Made by a program: the position numbers and the translations under genes. Under the pieces are notes generated by a model. It was not told the DNA's origin. It ran no database searches and saw nothing but the letters and a program-made list of their open reading frames with translations. From Camelus dromedarius (Eukaryota), in contig NC_087438.1 of the NCBI RefSeq assembly GCF_036321535.1, positions 13,642,001 to 13,706,000 on the forward strand: a stretch of 64,000 nt of DNA, given 5' to 3'. Below, piece after piece: positions 1 to 12,210 of the stretch (positions are counted from its first letter, which is position 1; every line of letters begins with the position of its first letter).

Positions 1-231
1 ACATTTCCTAAATTGATTCCCAGCATTTATAACTTTATCTCCTGCAAAAATCACTTTTCTTCCATTATTTAGCCCAATTATTTATGGATGTTTAATAAGA
101 ATATTTAATGTTCATTTGAGGGTAAATTAACAAATAAGCTTCATGAATTATTTCACAGTTGTTGCTTGTTCCTAGGTGAATCTTAGATTTTCTGACAACA
201 AATCACTCCCTCTGAAGGCGTCATTCAACTT

Positions 232-350
232 CAGCAGTTATTCATCACCACGTCCACACTGGACGCAGCCCTGGACATCAGGGATGCAGGAGTGAACTAG
301 CGATGAGGTTCATGTTCTCAGGGAGCTGCCTACATTCTAAAGGGGAAATT
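232..350 (-). mobile_element. L2 LINE 3'-end remnant
   Basis: 'gggatgcaggagtgaac...gttctcagggagctgcctacattctaaaggggaa' resembles the antisense L2 3' terminus. Confidence 0.55.
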
Positions 351-479
351 CAAGAAACCAATAGATGCTTTTAAGGTTAAGTACAGAAAATCAACATTTT
401 TAAAATATGAAAATTTATAATACAAGAATAAACCATAAATGTCCCTTTTCTGGTTTCCTCTGTTGGTTTTTCAGTTAAG

Positions 480-1165
480 TATAGGCATGTGTATCTATTG
501 TTTCCTTATGACTGATTTTATGTCTTGTTAAAGAAATCTTTCAGGATGTCAAAGTACAAACAATTCAGTTATATTTACCAATCAGTGTCCCCAAGGTTTT
601 GGTGTTTGTTTCTTCTTTTGTTATTGATTATAATTTTTGCCTTTAAGAATTTGCCCCATCTGAAGTCAGTCGTTGAATATACAGTACATAGTTTAATTAA
701 GTCCATCTTTTTAATGTCATTAGTTTTCTGCTTCATTTTTCCCAACTGCCCCTTCTTTCCTCAGTGACCTAGCAAGCAACCTCTGTCATCTATCAGAGTT
801 GCCTGTTTCTGGGATCTCTATCCTACTCCGTTGATTAATCCTGAGTTCATGCCACAATATCAACATTAACATTGTTTCATACGTCCCGGTATCATGAATG
901 ACCAGTTGTCCTCCTTGGTCCTTTTTCAGAAATGGTCTTACTATATCAATATTTTACATATTTGAGAATTGGCTTATTAAGCTCCGTGAATTATTCTGTT
1001 GTGGAACCTACACACGGTATTGACTATATTTATATTGAGAGAAAATCCTCAGCTTCAAATTATTTATTCTTTTCACATATAACATGGTGTATATCTCCCT
1101 TAAGTTATGTCTATTATAATTCTTTTAATAAAGTTTTATCATTATCTGATAGAATTCTTACAATC
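480..1165 (-). mobile_element. Ancient L1 (L1M/L1ME-type) ORF2 remnant
   Basis: T-rich antisense L1 phrases such as 'ttgttaaagaaatctttc', 'ctttttcagaaatggtcttactat', 'ttgagaattggcttattaagctcc' and 'tcttttaataaagttttat'. Confidence 0.6.
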
Positions 1166-1750
1166 TGCCTTACAGTTTAACAAGTAAAATGAAATAACAA
1201 GAAACATATAGCTCTGAAGCAGTGATTTTATTATATTTTATTTACATATTTGTTATACTGAATGTGTAGAAATCTTTTAATGTTTATGTGGCAGATGGGT
1301 AGTCATAATTAGGCAACTTAAATTCATATTTTACTTTCACCAGTAAATTTTTAAAAAGTATTGGCATAAAGAGAATTATCAATTTTCTCTTCCACCTAGT
1401 TTTATGTACAGAAAATCCAAACATATTGATTTATTAACTTACTGAATTGTCTTTACATTTATTTTATCATTCACTTATTAAATATTAACTTACTGAATAA
1501 GTCCTATATATTTAACATCATCATAAATATAGGTGTAATAAATAAGAACAATAAAACCTACATACTATAATCTGGATTTTAAATTTCTTGCTCTTAAAGT
1601 ATATCTTATTATAACCATCTTTTAATTCAAAAAGAAGTAACTGGGTGTAAGCCCATTTAAATGTGTAAAAGTAAAGTTTACTGGTAAAATATTTGTCATC
1701 TCTATTTCATGAAGAACATTATGTATGTGTGTATACATTTAGAGATACGA

Positions 1751-1780
1751 ATATATATATATGTGTATATATATATATAT
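1751..1780. repeat. Interrupted (TA)n microsatellite
   Basis: atatatatatatgtgtatatatatatatat read directly. Confidence 0.9.
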
Positions 1781-3859
1781 GAAAATAATGAGGAGCAAAG
1801 TTCTTAAGGAAAATGTATTAAGAAAATGAAAGCCCATTGCCAGCTAAGGGTGGGAAAGTGAGGCGGTAGCTATTTGGGAGAACATTACTTAAAGGAAAAA
1901 AAAAGTGAAATGCATCTGATAATGCATAGGCCTGTAATTAATTATTTTTGCATTATTAAAATAGCCATGAGTTTGATGAACAAATATATAGGTGTATTGT
2001 GAATGATAATCTCAAAGTTCTTTGGAAAAGTAAGTAAGAGCTGATAAAGCATGTTTATGACCCAGAAATGACATTGCCACAGGTAATTAAGATGTGCAAG
2101 TAAGACCAGCTCGTGCCTATAATTTGAAACCTGCTTGAGCATCAGATACCTTTTATGTGTGTACAACAGCCAGGGAAGTAATTGATTCTACTTATAGCAA
2201 AAGCAAGTCAGCATTTTGAGGGTTTTTTTTTTTTTCCTTTCCCTAACTGATACACATTTTATCTCCATTCAGCTGAGACAAATGGAAAAAAGGCAGAGAT
2301 TTGACTCAGCATTTGTGCTCAGATTCATTAGTGTTATGAACTGACAAGGGGGAAGAACCAAACCTTTTTTACTCTACTCTCTGCTTAAAAATTCAAGTGA
2401 CAGAAAATAGAAATATTTCGAAAGTATGTTAAAGTACATCAGAAAAAAAATTGTTTTTATTAGGCCAAATTCTTTCTGAAATTAATGCAGTGGTTTAGAA
2501 CATGGTATTCTATTTCTCTTAAGATCTAGTAACATTTTGGGACATTTTGATTCACCTAGAGAGCCTTTTAGGAAATACTATTCCTAAAACATGCCCTCAG
2601 AGATTATGTTTTAATTGGTCTGTTATGGAGACTGGGGCTGTACTTCTAAGAGCTGCCAATGATGAGAACCACTATTTTAACATATTCCCTCACTGCTCTG
2701 ACTTAATTTTGGAAGTCATTAATTTCCATAGGCCACTAGGGCATTAGACTCAGCTGTAGATTATCTAAACCCACATGCCTAATCTCTGATAATGAATAAG
2801 TAAAAGATTATTTGTCATTGGATTTAAAAGTTGAGATTCATATTCAAACAGAGACATGCTAAGGAGCCTTTGTATAAAAGCAATTATATGATGGATCTAA
2901 CTTCCAGTCCTGATTTAGCCTTACTGTCAGCAGTCTGAAACACATTTTGATGAGGAGAGAGAGAGAAAGCCATAGATCATCCGATATTAATGTTATCAGG
3001 GACGAGCCCCATAGAGCGTACTTACTACCTGACAAGTCCCACTTTCCTTCTCATTCTGGGAAAAATGGAGCCTGTGGGAGGAGAATCACCATTCTGTTTA
3101 TTCCCTGTGCAGAAGTGCAATTTCCCCCCTGTCTTCTCTGTATTCTTCAGTCAAAGTCCTCTGGCTACAAAGAAAGTGTTTAAAAGAACCTCAAATTCTG
3201 GGAAACATAGAAGAGGAAGTAGTATCTCCAGCATTTGCTGAGAAATGACCAAAAGAATACTACGAAAAAGAAGACATATCTTTCACTTTTAAAATACAAG
3301 AAAGGCTTAGAGAACAAAGATGAGATTATCTTCCTCTAAACATGATGCAAATGATGATAAAGGAGGGCATTCCTTGACTATTTCCATTCTCATGTCACAG
3401 CGGACACGTACAGTTTGTTTTCCTGGGAACCCATCTTGAATATACAAATACAGTGTAGAGAACACACAAATATACATTTAAGGAGCTGTTTCTCCTGTCT
3501 CTCCAGCCACGTTGTTTCATCAGGGACTGTCAGTCATACCACTAAGGTACTCTAGCCACAGGGGAGGGTCTGGGACCCAAACCGATGTGCTTAGAAGTCT
3601 CTGTGGATTAACAGCAAACAGGCACAGGTAGGCAGCCTACTACTTTATTCCAGGCATTGCTAATCCCAAAGGTACACGCTTGCCTATTTTGCAAGTTTCT
3701 TTATTAGATATAAAATCAAATTTACCTATTGACCAATGCCAATTATCTATTGCCACCATTTACCTATACCAATCTGAGCTATGATTCTATTACATGCAAC
3801 CCAAAGATTCCTGATCATTGTTGTACTAAAAAACGTGTGGCACCATTTAATACTAGAGG

Positions 3860-4072
3860 GTATAACGAAAAGGATCGTGGCTTTATCATGTACCAGCTGT
3901 AAGCCTTTTAAGCAAGATTTGATTACTTCTAAGCCTGTATGACTTCGTGTCTGAAAAAGGGGCTATATCAGCACTTTTCCCATGGTATTATTGTGAGAGT
4001 TAGATGGAATTCTGCACGTAATGCACAAGGACTGGCATGTTAAAAGATGTAAAAAGGTTAATAATGTTATTA
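3860..4072 (+). mobile_element. MIR SINE
   Basis: Degenerate MIR core: 'taccagctgtaagcc...aagcaagatt...acttctaagcctg...cttcgtgtctgaaaaagggg...tattgtgagagttagatg'. Confidence 0.65.
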
Positions 4073-4094
4073 TTCACAGATCTTTTAGTTCAGT

Positions 4095-4230
4095 AATATA
4101 GTCCTGATTTTACACATGAGAAGACAAGTTCAGAGAGGTTAAAGTAACTTGTCCAATGTTATAATAATGTATAAGTGGTTAGGAATTAAAAAATTTACTT
4201 AGCTAGTACAAGTCCAAAGTCTGTATTTTT
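4095..4230 (-). mobile_element. MIR SINE
   Basis: 'attttacacatgagaagacaagttcagagaggttaaagtaacttgtccaa' is the antisense MIR core. Confidence 0.75.
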
Positions 4231-4231
4231 T

Positions 4232-5520
4232 TGTTTATAATTTGAACTGAAGTGTGAATGTAGACACACAGATGTAAATGTATATAAAGTAACAAACCAT
4301 CTGTGCAGTTGTTTACACAAAGAAGTAGATCTCCAAACGTAGCCATGTACCCTGGCATAAATCCGCTCTTGGGGGTGTAACCACCATGGCTGAATTTTGC
4401 TCAAAATTTTGACTTTACATTTGTCCAAGTTGTAAGTAGGATTAGTTTTGCTCATTTAAAGTGTTATTCGGTATTGTGTTGTGTGAATATTCCAAAATGC
4501 ATTTTTCATTCTATTTGTGGTAAGTATGTCTCCATCTTGGGGATCCTACAAATAGTGCTTTTATGAGTAGCCCTGACCACATCTTTTGGTCTGAGTTTAT
4601 ATGCATGGCTGTTACATCTGGAATGGAATTCTGAGTCGTAGAATGTGCACGTGTTTAGTATGGTGGAGCGGTCTGACTTGACTTTCTCCATGAAGAACGA
4701 GTCTAAGTTCCAGTTTCTCCATGTCCTCACCAACATTTGGTATTTTCATTCCCAGTGCCACCCCACCACACACGCCACAAGTTCATGTTCCAGTGATTGT
4801 GCAGTGACACCTTATGTTAAGTTTTATTTTTCTTCTCTTAAGTTCATTGACATTATAGCTCTCCTTGTTTTGTGAACTGCCGTTTCCAGACTCTTGTTTA
4901 TTTACTTTTCTATTTTCATTTTTTTCCTAACTTATTTGAAGGCATTCTGCATAGTTCTCGATATGATCTGGATATTAGTATTTTATCAGCAGTATATATT
5001 CCAAATATTTTCTTTCACTCTGTGTGGATTGCTTTTTTATTCCCTTAACAAGTGTAATTTCATGAGCAGAAATTCTTAAATTTAATATTCAGTTGTTTTC
5101 AATCTTTTCTTTTTTGTGCTCTGTTTAAGAAATCTTTTGTCAGTTCTATCATCAGGAAATATATTCTTGAAATGTCTATAATTTATTATTTTACATTTCA
5201 TATTTTGTCTCACAGTGTCCTGGGTTTAATTTTTTGTTGTTTATAGGTATGCTGTGGGGTCAAGCAGTTTTCCCTTCATATGGATTTATCATTAATCTAG
5301 ATACACTTACTGATGAGGTAATTCATTCCCAGTATTGTCCCGTGCCTTCTTTATCAAGGATTTACATAAGTATGGCTCTATTTATGGACTAGTTATTTTG
5401 ATTTTTTAAAATCTTTTTAGCTATCCTGGTGCAAATGTATACTCTTAATTACTGCTGATTTATATGTCTTGATATATGGTAGTGTATATTATCCATCATT
5501 GCTCTTCTATAAAGACTTAC
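4232..5520 (-). mobile_element. Old L1 (L1ME-like) 3' end plus ORF2 C-terminal remnant
   Basis: Antisense L1 motifs 'ttccagtttctccatgtcctcaccaacatttggtatt', 'gaaattcttaaatttaatat' and 'ctgtttaagaaatctttt'. ORF 4506..4736 starts with an L1-like 'MLVRTWRNWN'. Confidence 0.75.
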
Positions 5521-5874
5521 CTATATGATTATCCTATGGTTCATGACCAAGCCTCTTCTACTGACATATGAAACCCTGGGTGAAAATATTAAATAGATAC
5601 TGATTATACTGATGTAATTTAATTACCAGAACCAAAGACATTTAGCATCATTAAATTCCTACCTGCAGTCTCCAGCAGTAAGTCTATAACCTCTGATGCA
5701 TGAGCTGAGAGGGAGAAAACAGGCACTTTTTTCTCTTTAATTGCACTTTTAAAAAGCCGTGTTACTAAAGTTGATTTTTATCATCTGATACATCAGAAAC
5801 TTAATTTCTGAAAAGTGAACAGAAAATTTTAATTTTGTTCTTCCCCACCACTTTAACCTACCAGAATTGGATAT

Positions 5875-5975
5875 TCAAAATGTAAATTATGTAAGAGTAG
5901 ATACATTGTCTGTTCCACTGCTGTACCTCCTACTGTTCAAGTAAAAACATAGCAGGTGCTAGAAATATTTGTTCC
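5875..5975 (+). mobile_element. L2 3' terminus
   Basis: 'aatgtaaattatgtaagagtag...ttgtctgttccactgctgtacctcc...acatagcaggtgctagaaatatttgtt'. Confidence 0.7.
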
Positions 5976-6435
5976 AAAAACGAATACACATATACCAAAT
6001 TTTTAAAAATATATTTTTACTTAACTTTTTTAAGCGTATAAGAACTTACCAAATGAAAATGCAAAGATGCTGATTTATTTTATGTATGCACTACTGCTAT
6101 TTAATGACAAGCATTCCCAAAGCACATAACTCTTATAGTTATGTAATGTAGAGTGTAGACTGAGTGAGTGATTTCCCTTGAGGCATATGCAAACATGATT
6201 CATACTCTTCAGGATGTTAACTCCAGTCTTCCTAGAGTGCATAATGAAATGTAGAAGATATAAAATTATAATTTTAATTATATCAGCAGTTAGGAAACAA
6301 GGAGGGAACCAGAATTACAGAGTTATGGAGAAGAAATGAAGTATTCAATTCATTGTGCTAACCTTAGACTAGGCCAGTATTTCGCAGTACATTCTGGCTC
6401 TGAAAGTTTTACATAATGTATACAGACATGGTATA

Positions 6436-7004
6436 CATGGCAGATAGAACAGTCCTCCCCAATATATCCACAGCTTAATCTCTGGAACCTGTGAATAGAT
6501 GACCTCATGCGGCAAAAGTTACTTTGAATGGACCTTAAAAGATAGTGACCTTTCTCTGCATTATCCAGTTGGACCCCGTCTAATTACATGATTCCTTTAA
6601 AGCAGAGAACTTTCTCCCACTGGAGGCAAGAGTGATGAGGCAGCAAGGGTGTGGCTTGCTGTTGCTGACTTAGAAGATAAAGGAGACCATGAGCCTGGAA
6701 ATAGAGATCACCTCTAAAAGCAGAAAATGACTCCCAGGGGACGGCCAGCCAAGAAACCGGGACCTCAGTCCTACAACCACTTGGAACTGAATTCAGCCAA
6801 CTCCCTGAATTTTTGTGGAAGCAGCTTTCTCTTTAGAGCTACTGGATAAAAGTTAAGCCGGAAATTCTGGATTTCAATCTTAAGAGACCCTGAGCAGAGA
6901 AACCAGTTGAGCCCAATTTCAAAACTGTGAAGTAATTCATTTGTGTGGTTTTAAGCCACATAACTGGTGAAAATTGGTTATGTCAGCAATAGAAAATGAA
7001 TACA
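6436..7004 (+). mobile_element. MaLR solo LTR (MLT1D/E-like)
   Basis: Starts 'tggcagatagaac...taatctctggaacctgtgaat', contains 'gggacctcagtcctacaaccac..ggaactgaattcagccaac' and ends 'gttatgtcagcaatagaaaatgaataca'. Confidence 0.9.
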
Positions 7005-7629
7005 ATATCCATCCAAAGTCAAGCAAGTAATTGTTTTAAGGTCCAGGATGTCTCTGTTTCTACATATTTCTCTCTCTCTCTGACTTTAATATTTCACTCC
7101 TCTGTAGTTCCTCTGGTCATGAAATCCACGAATGTATTGTGCTCTCTAATTTCTACAGTTTCAAGGCATCCTGTGGAGAAAGGAATCTATTTACCAGGCA
7201 AAGTATATGAGTAGAAATGGAAAGTTATACTGGGTGGTTTTTTGGCTTATTTCTCTGCCGTCTTAAACTATATCACCAAGGTCAGGCTCTAGTGATGGCG
7301 ATACCCAGCTACTGTCCTTATTGTGAAGCACATTCGATAGCCTTTGGGGACCCAACAGGACACTTTATATGACCCTCTGAGTTTTTCCAGTGTCTTGTGG
7401 AAAGACATCATCTTCTCTTTCCATCTCCCCCTATGCACTGCATAGAAACTCATCTTTCTACAACGTAGTACATAGTTCGGTTTGACTTGAGACATAGCTC
7501 TGATTTATCATTTAACTCCACCTTCCCATCTTCCCATGCTTCTGTTGAAAAAAATCACACAGAAAATTGGTCAATCATTATAGAATCCCCAGCTGTCTGT
7601 GGAAATAAAATATATAGAATGAACTGACC

Positions 7630-7800
7630 CCATGTCATGATTTTTCATATTTTATATCTTTAAAATTGAAATCTGTCTTAGAATTGATTATTTGCCATGG
7701 TTTAATTCATAGACTTACTATAGCTTCTTTCTTAATAATAAATAAAACAATGGCACAGCTGAACATCAATGTCATCCTAGATTTGATACCATGCAGTCTA
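7630..7800 (-). mobile_element. Non-autonomous TcMar DNA transposon (MER104-like)
   Basis: Reverse complement 'gtatcaaatctaggatgacattgat...ccattgttttatttattattaagaaagaa...aattaaaccatggca...ttctaagacagatttcaattttaaagat' resembles a recalled ~180 bp Tc2-type MITE. Confidence 0.55.
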
Positions 7801-8269
7801 TGCATGAACGTATCTTTTAATAGATGGTGAATCCATGCATGAAAATATGTATGCATAAACAGGTACAAACATGTGTGTCCTTGTGAGAGAACTTTTACTG
7901 AGGAGATTTACACACATCGATACATAACAGAAGCACACGCTTTTGACTTTACCGCCAGTACTACGTTACAAATGGACTAGAATGATCAGGGCCAGGGTTT
8001 TGGTGTTGCGGTCATAGTTTTTGTTTTGCTCCAAGAAACATTCTCTCTAGCTACCATTGCACATCTTCCTTTCTGAACAAGGGTTGCTCATACATGGAGC
8101 ACTGGACAATATTCTGAGATGGAAGGAAAACCTAGCTTTCTTCCTATTACTATAAAATATTTCATCCACAGAGAGATGATGGCTAAACATTTGAGCCCAA
8201 ACATAAATTCTAGATGTGGTGGTGGAGGGGGGAGGCAGATAATAAAAAACATAACAAAGAATTAAATTT

Positions 8270-8395
8270 TTAAAGAGAAGGAAGAGAAAGTCAATCAGGA
8301 GAATAACTAGTTATAGTATTTAAAGGAGAAGAAAGCTGTGTAACATCAGAGAAACCAACAGAAGCAGGAGCTTCTAATGGAGAATGTCAGTCGTA
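8270..8395 (-). mobile_element. L2 remnant
   Basis: Purine-rich 'agaaagctgtgtaacatcagagaaaccaacagaagcaggagcttc' typical of antisense L2. Confidence 0.4.
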
Positions 8396-9449
8396 GGCTA
8401 TATTTAACTTGACTTATTCTTAATAATCTCTTTAATGATAAATCCAATATCAATAATCCATTTTTTTAAGTTAGACACAAGGATGTGATAGAATCCGAGA
8501 AATTATTAATGCAAGAGAACAGAACCAACTCACAAAATATGTTAAAAGCTATGCTTACGGCACTGATTTCTGAACACCGTAGCTTCTGAAACTAAAACTG
8601 ACACGTTAAACAAGGAACCTCAGAGTCATGTTTCTAAAATATGTCATTTACTATAGGGAATAGTGTAACCCCAAAACGCTTTAGACAAAAATCTTTAATA
8701 TAGTAAAATTGTTTAAATATGTCATTTATCCATTAGGCTGCCAGACAACACTCCCACACACAATGAAATGCTTGCTTTTTGACGTTTGGAGTCGTGTGGG
8801 AAGATCTCTGCACTGCACAGGCTAAAATAAGTGCCATAAATATACTGTACAGAGACAATTTTCAGTTAGGACAAATCATATGGGATTAATGTAAATAAAT
8901 TCCACATCTGAAATTGTTTTGGAAAAAAAAAAGAGTAATAGTCTAGGCTTCAGCAATGTATTTGTTAGCGAAAGAAAAAAAAATACAAGTCAGGATTAAA
9001 TAACAGCAACAGAGTAGAAATGAATGCAATTGAATAAATCCATAGCATACAACTGAAATGAAAAGAGAATAATATGATCTCATTAATTTCCTGACAGAAG
9101 GATTATTTGATTTAGAAGTAACCATATAATTTATTTTGATGTACAGTAACATATGATTCGTTGATAATAAAACACAAATGGCTTTTCCTATAAATCACAT
9201 GTAATTCATTCCTGGCACAATTTTACAAGATAGTCATGTTGAGAGATATGGTCCACTATTAGAGAGCTAATTATATATAAAGACAAACTTGACCTTTTCA
9301 AATGATAGAATCTTGGGCCCAAAGTAGTCATGGTAACCAAAAGCAACACCACAAAGCTATCACTTATTTAAGATTGTAAGGACATGTGTCCACTATTAGC
9401 CACTTCCCACAGAGTTGATAAATCCCACCACAAATTTGCAAGGGAAATG

Positions 9450-9590
9450 CAGTTATTGTCACTTAACAGATTGAAGAACTGAGACTCAAAATGCTCAAAT
9501 AATCTTCCCTAGATCACATTGTTTAAAAATGGGATGTTATGGAGTTTGGGGCCAGATATATCTCATTCCATAGTCTATTATCTTTCCACA
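9450..9590 (-). mobile_element. MIR SINE
   Basis: 'cacttaacagattgaagaactgagactcaaaatgctcaaataatcttccctagatcaca'. Confidence 0.75.
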
Positions 9591-9619
9591 TAAAATATAT
9601 ATTTTCCTATCTGTTTAAC

Positions 9620-9810
9620 ACATTATGCAAAATACTATAGACTTGGAACTGAAAAAAATTTTTAGGCCTAGTTATGAGATAATTTGGTTATAACATTAAA
9701 TAGTTTGTGTATTTTCTCCAGGCTTAAGATTTCTCACCTATAAAATAAAGATGTTGGTATAAATTGCCTTCATTTGACTATATTCTACCCTTTTCTCTAA
9801 GCTCTAAATT
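9620..9810 (+). mobile_element. MIR/MIR3 SINE
   Basis: 'tagacttggaactgaa...ccaggcttaagatttctcacctataaaataaagatgttgg...tctaagctctaaatt'. Confidence 0.55.
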
Positions 9811-10079
9811 TAATAAACTTTCCATTCTTTCAGTCAATCATTGTTTGAAAGATCACGTGCTTTTTCATTATAGGTGCTACAAATTTATGGTTGAAAAGAT
9901 AATCAAAAGCCCAGAATTTATAAGTCATTTAATTATAAATGGTATGAAAAAATAAATATATTACATAATATATTTATAACATTTGTGTGTATACACAGGC
10001 ATATTTGTTTGATATTGTTTATAACAATATACCTATATATGTGAGATAAATAAAATCAAGTTGGGAAACAGATTACGAT

Positions 10080-10700
10080 TGAGGAGGAGTTTTTAAAGGT
10101 GTACGAAGATGGCTTTGCTAAGGTGATATTTGAACAGACTGTTAAGAAACGAGGTGATATTGTGCAGAAGAACTAGGGAATGTTGTCAGAGTCAAAGGAA
10201 CAACAAAGGAGAAAGCCCTAAGGCCAGAGCGAGTTCCTTGTATTTCAGAATTTGCAAGAAAATCAGTGTGGCCAGATTGGAATGAACATCTCGAAGGGTA
10301 TTCACTCCTCATCCACTCTACTGCAATCAACCAAGTCTGTACTGATATTTTATTTCCCTTTGATTCTGAGAGCTTCCCCCAGGACTTCCAGCTTCCACTA
10401 GTGTTCCCCTTCAGCCAATTTTCTATGGATTAGCAACAGAGGTGTATTGTACAGTCAAATCCTTTTCACTTGTTAAAAACTTCCAGTGGATTATAATCAT
10501 ATTCAGAGTAAAATGCAGACTGCTTAAAATAGTCTAAAAGCCTCTTCATGTCTACTTGCTGTAGGACTTGCTGGTGAGTAAGTACTGAAGTGTCAGTAAA
10601 AGATGAGTCAGAAAAGGCTTCCAGATTTTGACCTCGCTCAGTAAATGATGGGGCCATTAACTGAGATGGAGAAGATCAAGAGAAACAATGTAGAAGAGAG
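10080..10700 (-). mobile_element. L2 LINE fragment with internal inverted segment (~10285-10560)
   Basis: The flanks match antisense L2 ('aggtgatatttgaacagac...aaaggaacaacaaaggagaaagccctaaggc' and 'ggggccattaactgagatggagaagat'). The middle matches L2 in the opposite orientation. Confidence 0.8.
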
Positions 10701-12044
10701 AATCAGGTACAGGAGAGCTGGACTTACTCTGTAGAAATGCATAATTGTATTCCAGGTGTGCTGAAGTCATGATGAAAAGACAAGAAATCAGGAGAGCAAA
10801 TATTTTATGAAACAGAAGAATTCCAGTGCAGCAATGAGAGACAGCACGTATATAGGCTCATGAGTAGTCTTAAAGAGGGTGGAATTACTGAAGAGAGATA
10901 ATGCTTGAGATGAAGCGATCCATTGTTAGGAATTTGTACCATTGGCAGGCACATGGAGAATAAACACATACACTCAGACACTAAGACTTCAAAGAAGGGG
11001 AGCATTGTTCTTAGGGGGAAAAACTAGGTTTCAACTAACACAAAAGTTAAAGGGAGATTAATAAAAAAAAAAAAAAGATGGAGAGCATTGTAAGAATTTT
11101 AATTATGACAGAACTTAAGTCCAAGAAACTAGAGGGGCATTTTTTTTAAAATATGGGGGGTGGGGGGTAGCAGGGAGGATGGTGTTAGATTGGATCAAAC
11201 TAAGATACATAACAGCTCTATAGAGAGGAGAGTCTTGGATATCTGGTCAAAACTGCAGTAAATGAGCATAAATTTCCTCATGGGCTGAGTCCCCAAGGAA
11301 ATATCATAGAATGTGGACTCCTTAGGAAGCTAGTGTGTGGGTGGGAGGAGGTGGGGAGGACTAAGTGTGGGGCTAAGAGAAATGTATCAAGTCTTAAATG
11401 CACATCTAAACACTTTCTTTCAGTTGTCCCTATTTCCCTTTCATGGTAGAAAATAGAAATATCTTTACTTCAATTATCTTTCAAGAACCAACAATATATA
11501 GGCTTTTAAGACAAGTTAACTAGAAAATGTGGAAGATGGAAATTAGCATTGACTCCAACATGGTATTCATTTATAAAAAGAATAAATACATCCTTCAGTG
11601 TAAATTGCATGTTACATTTTTGTGCTTCTCTCTTTTATGTATTTTTTGTTGCTATAGAAACTTCCTTCATGGAGCCATATAGCTACTTTAATCTTGTCAA
11701 GTCTTTCCTGAGGTAGAAATGATCAACAATTTTTTAAAAAAGATTCAATGAAAAAAAACTGAGTTACAAAGGAAGATCTAATTAAGCAGGCATTCCACCT
11801 GTAGTCTCATGTACATGTTATTCTGTGCATCTGCTGTGTGGGAGGAGACCAAGCATTCAGTATTTCCCCATGACATGAGTATAGTGATTGTCTTTTCTTT
11901 TCTTTTCTTTTTTCCTTTCTCTGAATCATTTGCAACATGGAGTTGGCAAAAGTGAGTTTGGTTTAGTGGCTGATTGTGCTGTGTGTGATAACACACTGAA
12001 GAAGTAAGCATATATCTTGAAGTCAGATAACTCAGCCTTTTAGG

Positions 12045-12210
12045 ATCCAGAACAGCTTGTTAGTGGAGTCAGAGCTTGTTAGAACCAGATCTCTTTAACT
12101 TGCCCACTTTGGGGTCTTGTCCTTTACTTAATCTCTTTCTGCCTCGATTTCTTCGTTAATAAAATGTGTATGGCATAGGCTTAATGTGAGGGTTGATAAA
12201 CATAAATCAC
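12045..12210 (+). mobile_element. MIR SINE
   Basis: 'tggagtcagagc...ttacttaatctctttctgcctcgatttcttcgttaataaaatg...gtgagggttga'. Confidence 0.7.

Noticed and set aside
3020..3240. Minus-strand donor (GTAAGT) with upstream acceptor-like tracts
   Set aside because: The candidate exons I translated gave stops or unrecognisable peptides.
11155..11375. G-rich tracts as possible G-quadruplexes
   Set aside because: The loops are irregular or long, the tracts probably lie within a decayed LTR, and there is no functional context.
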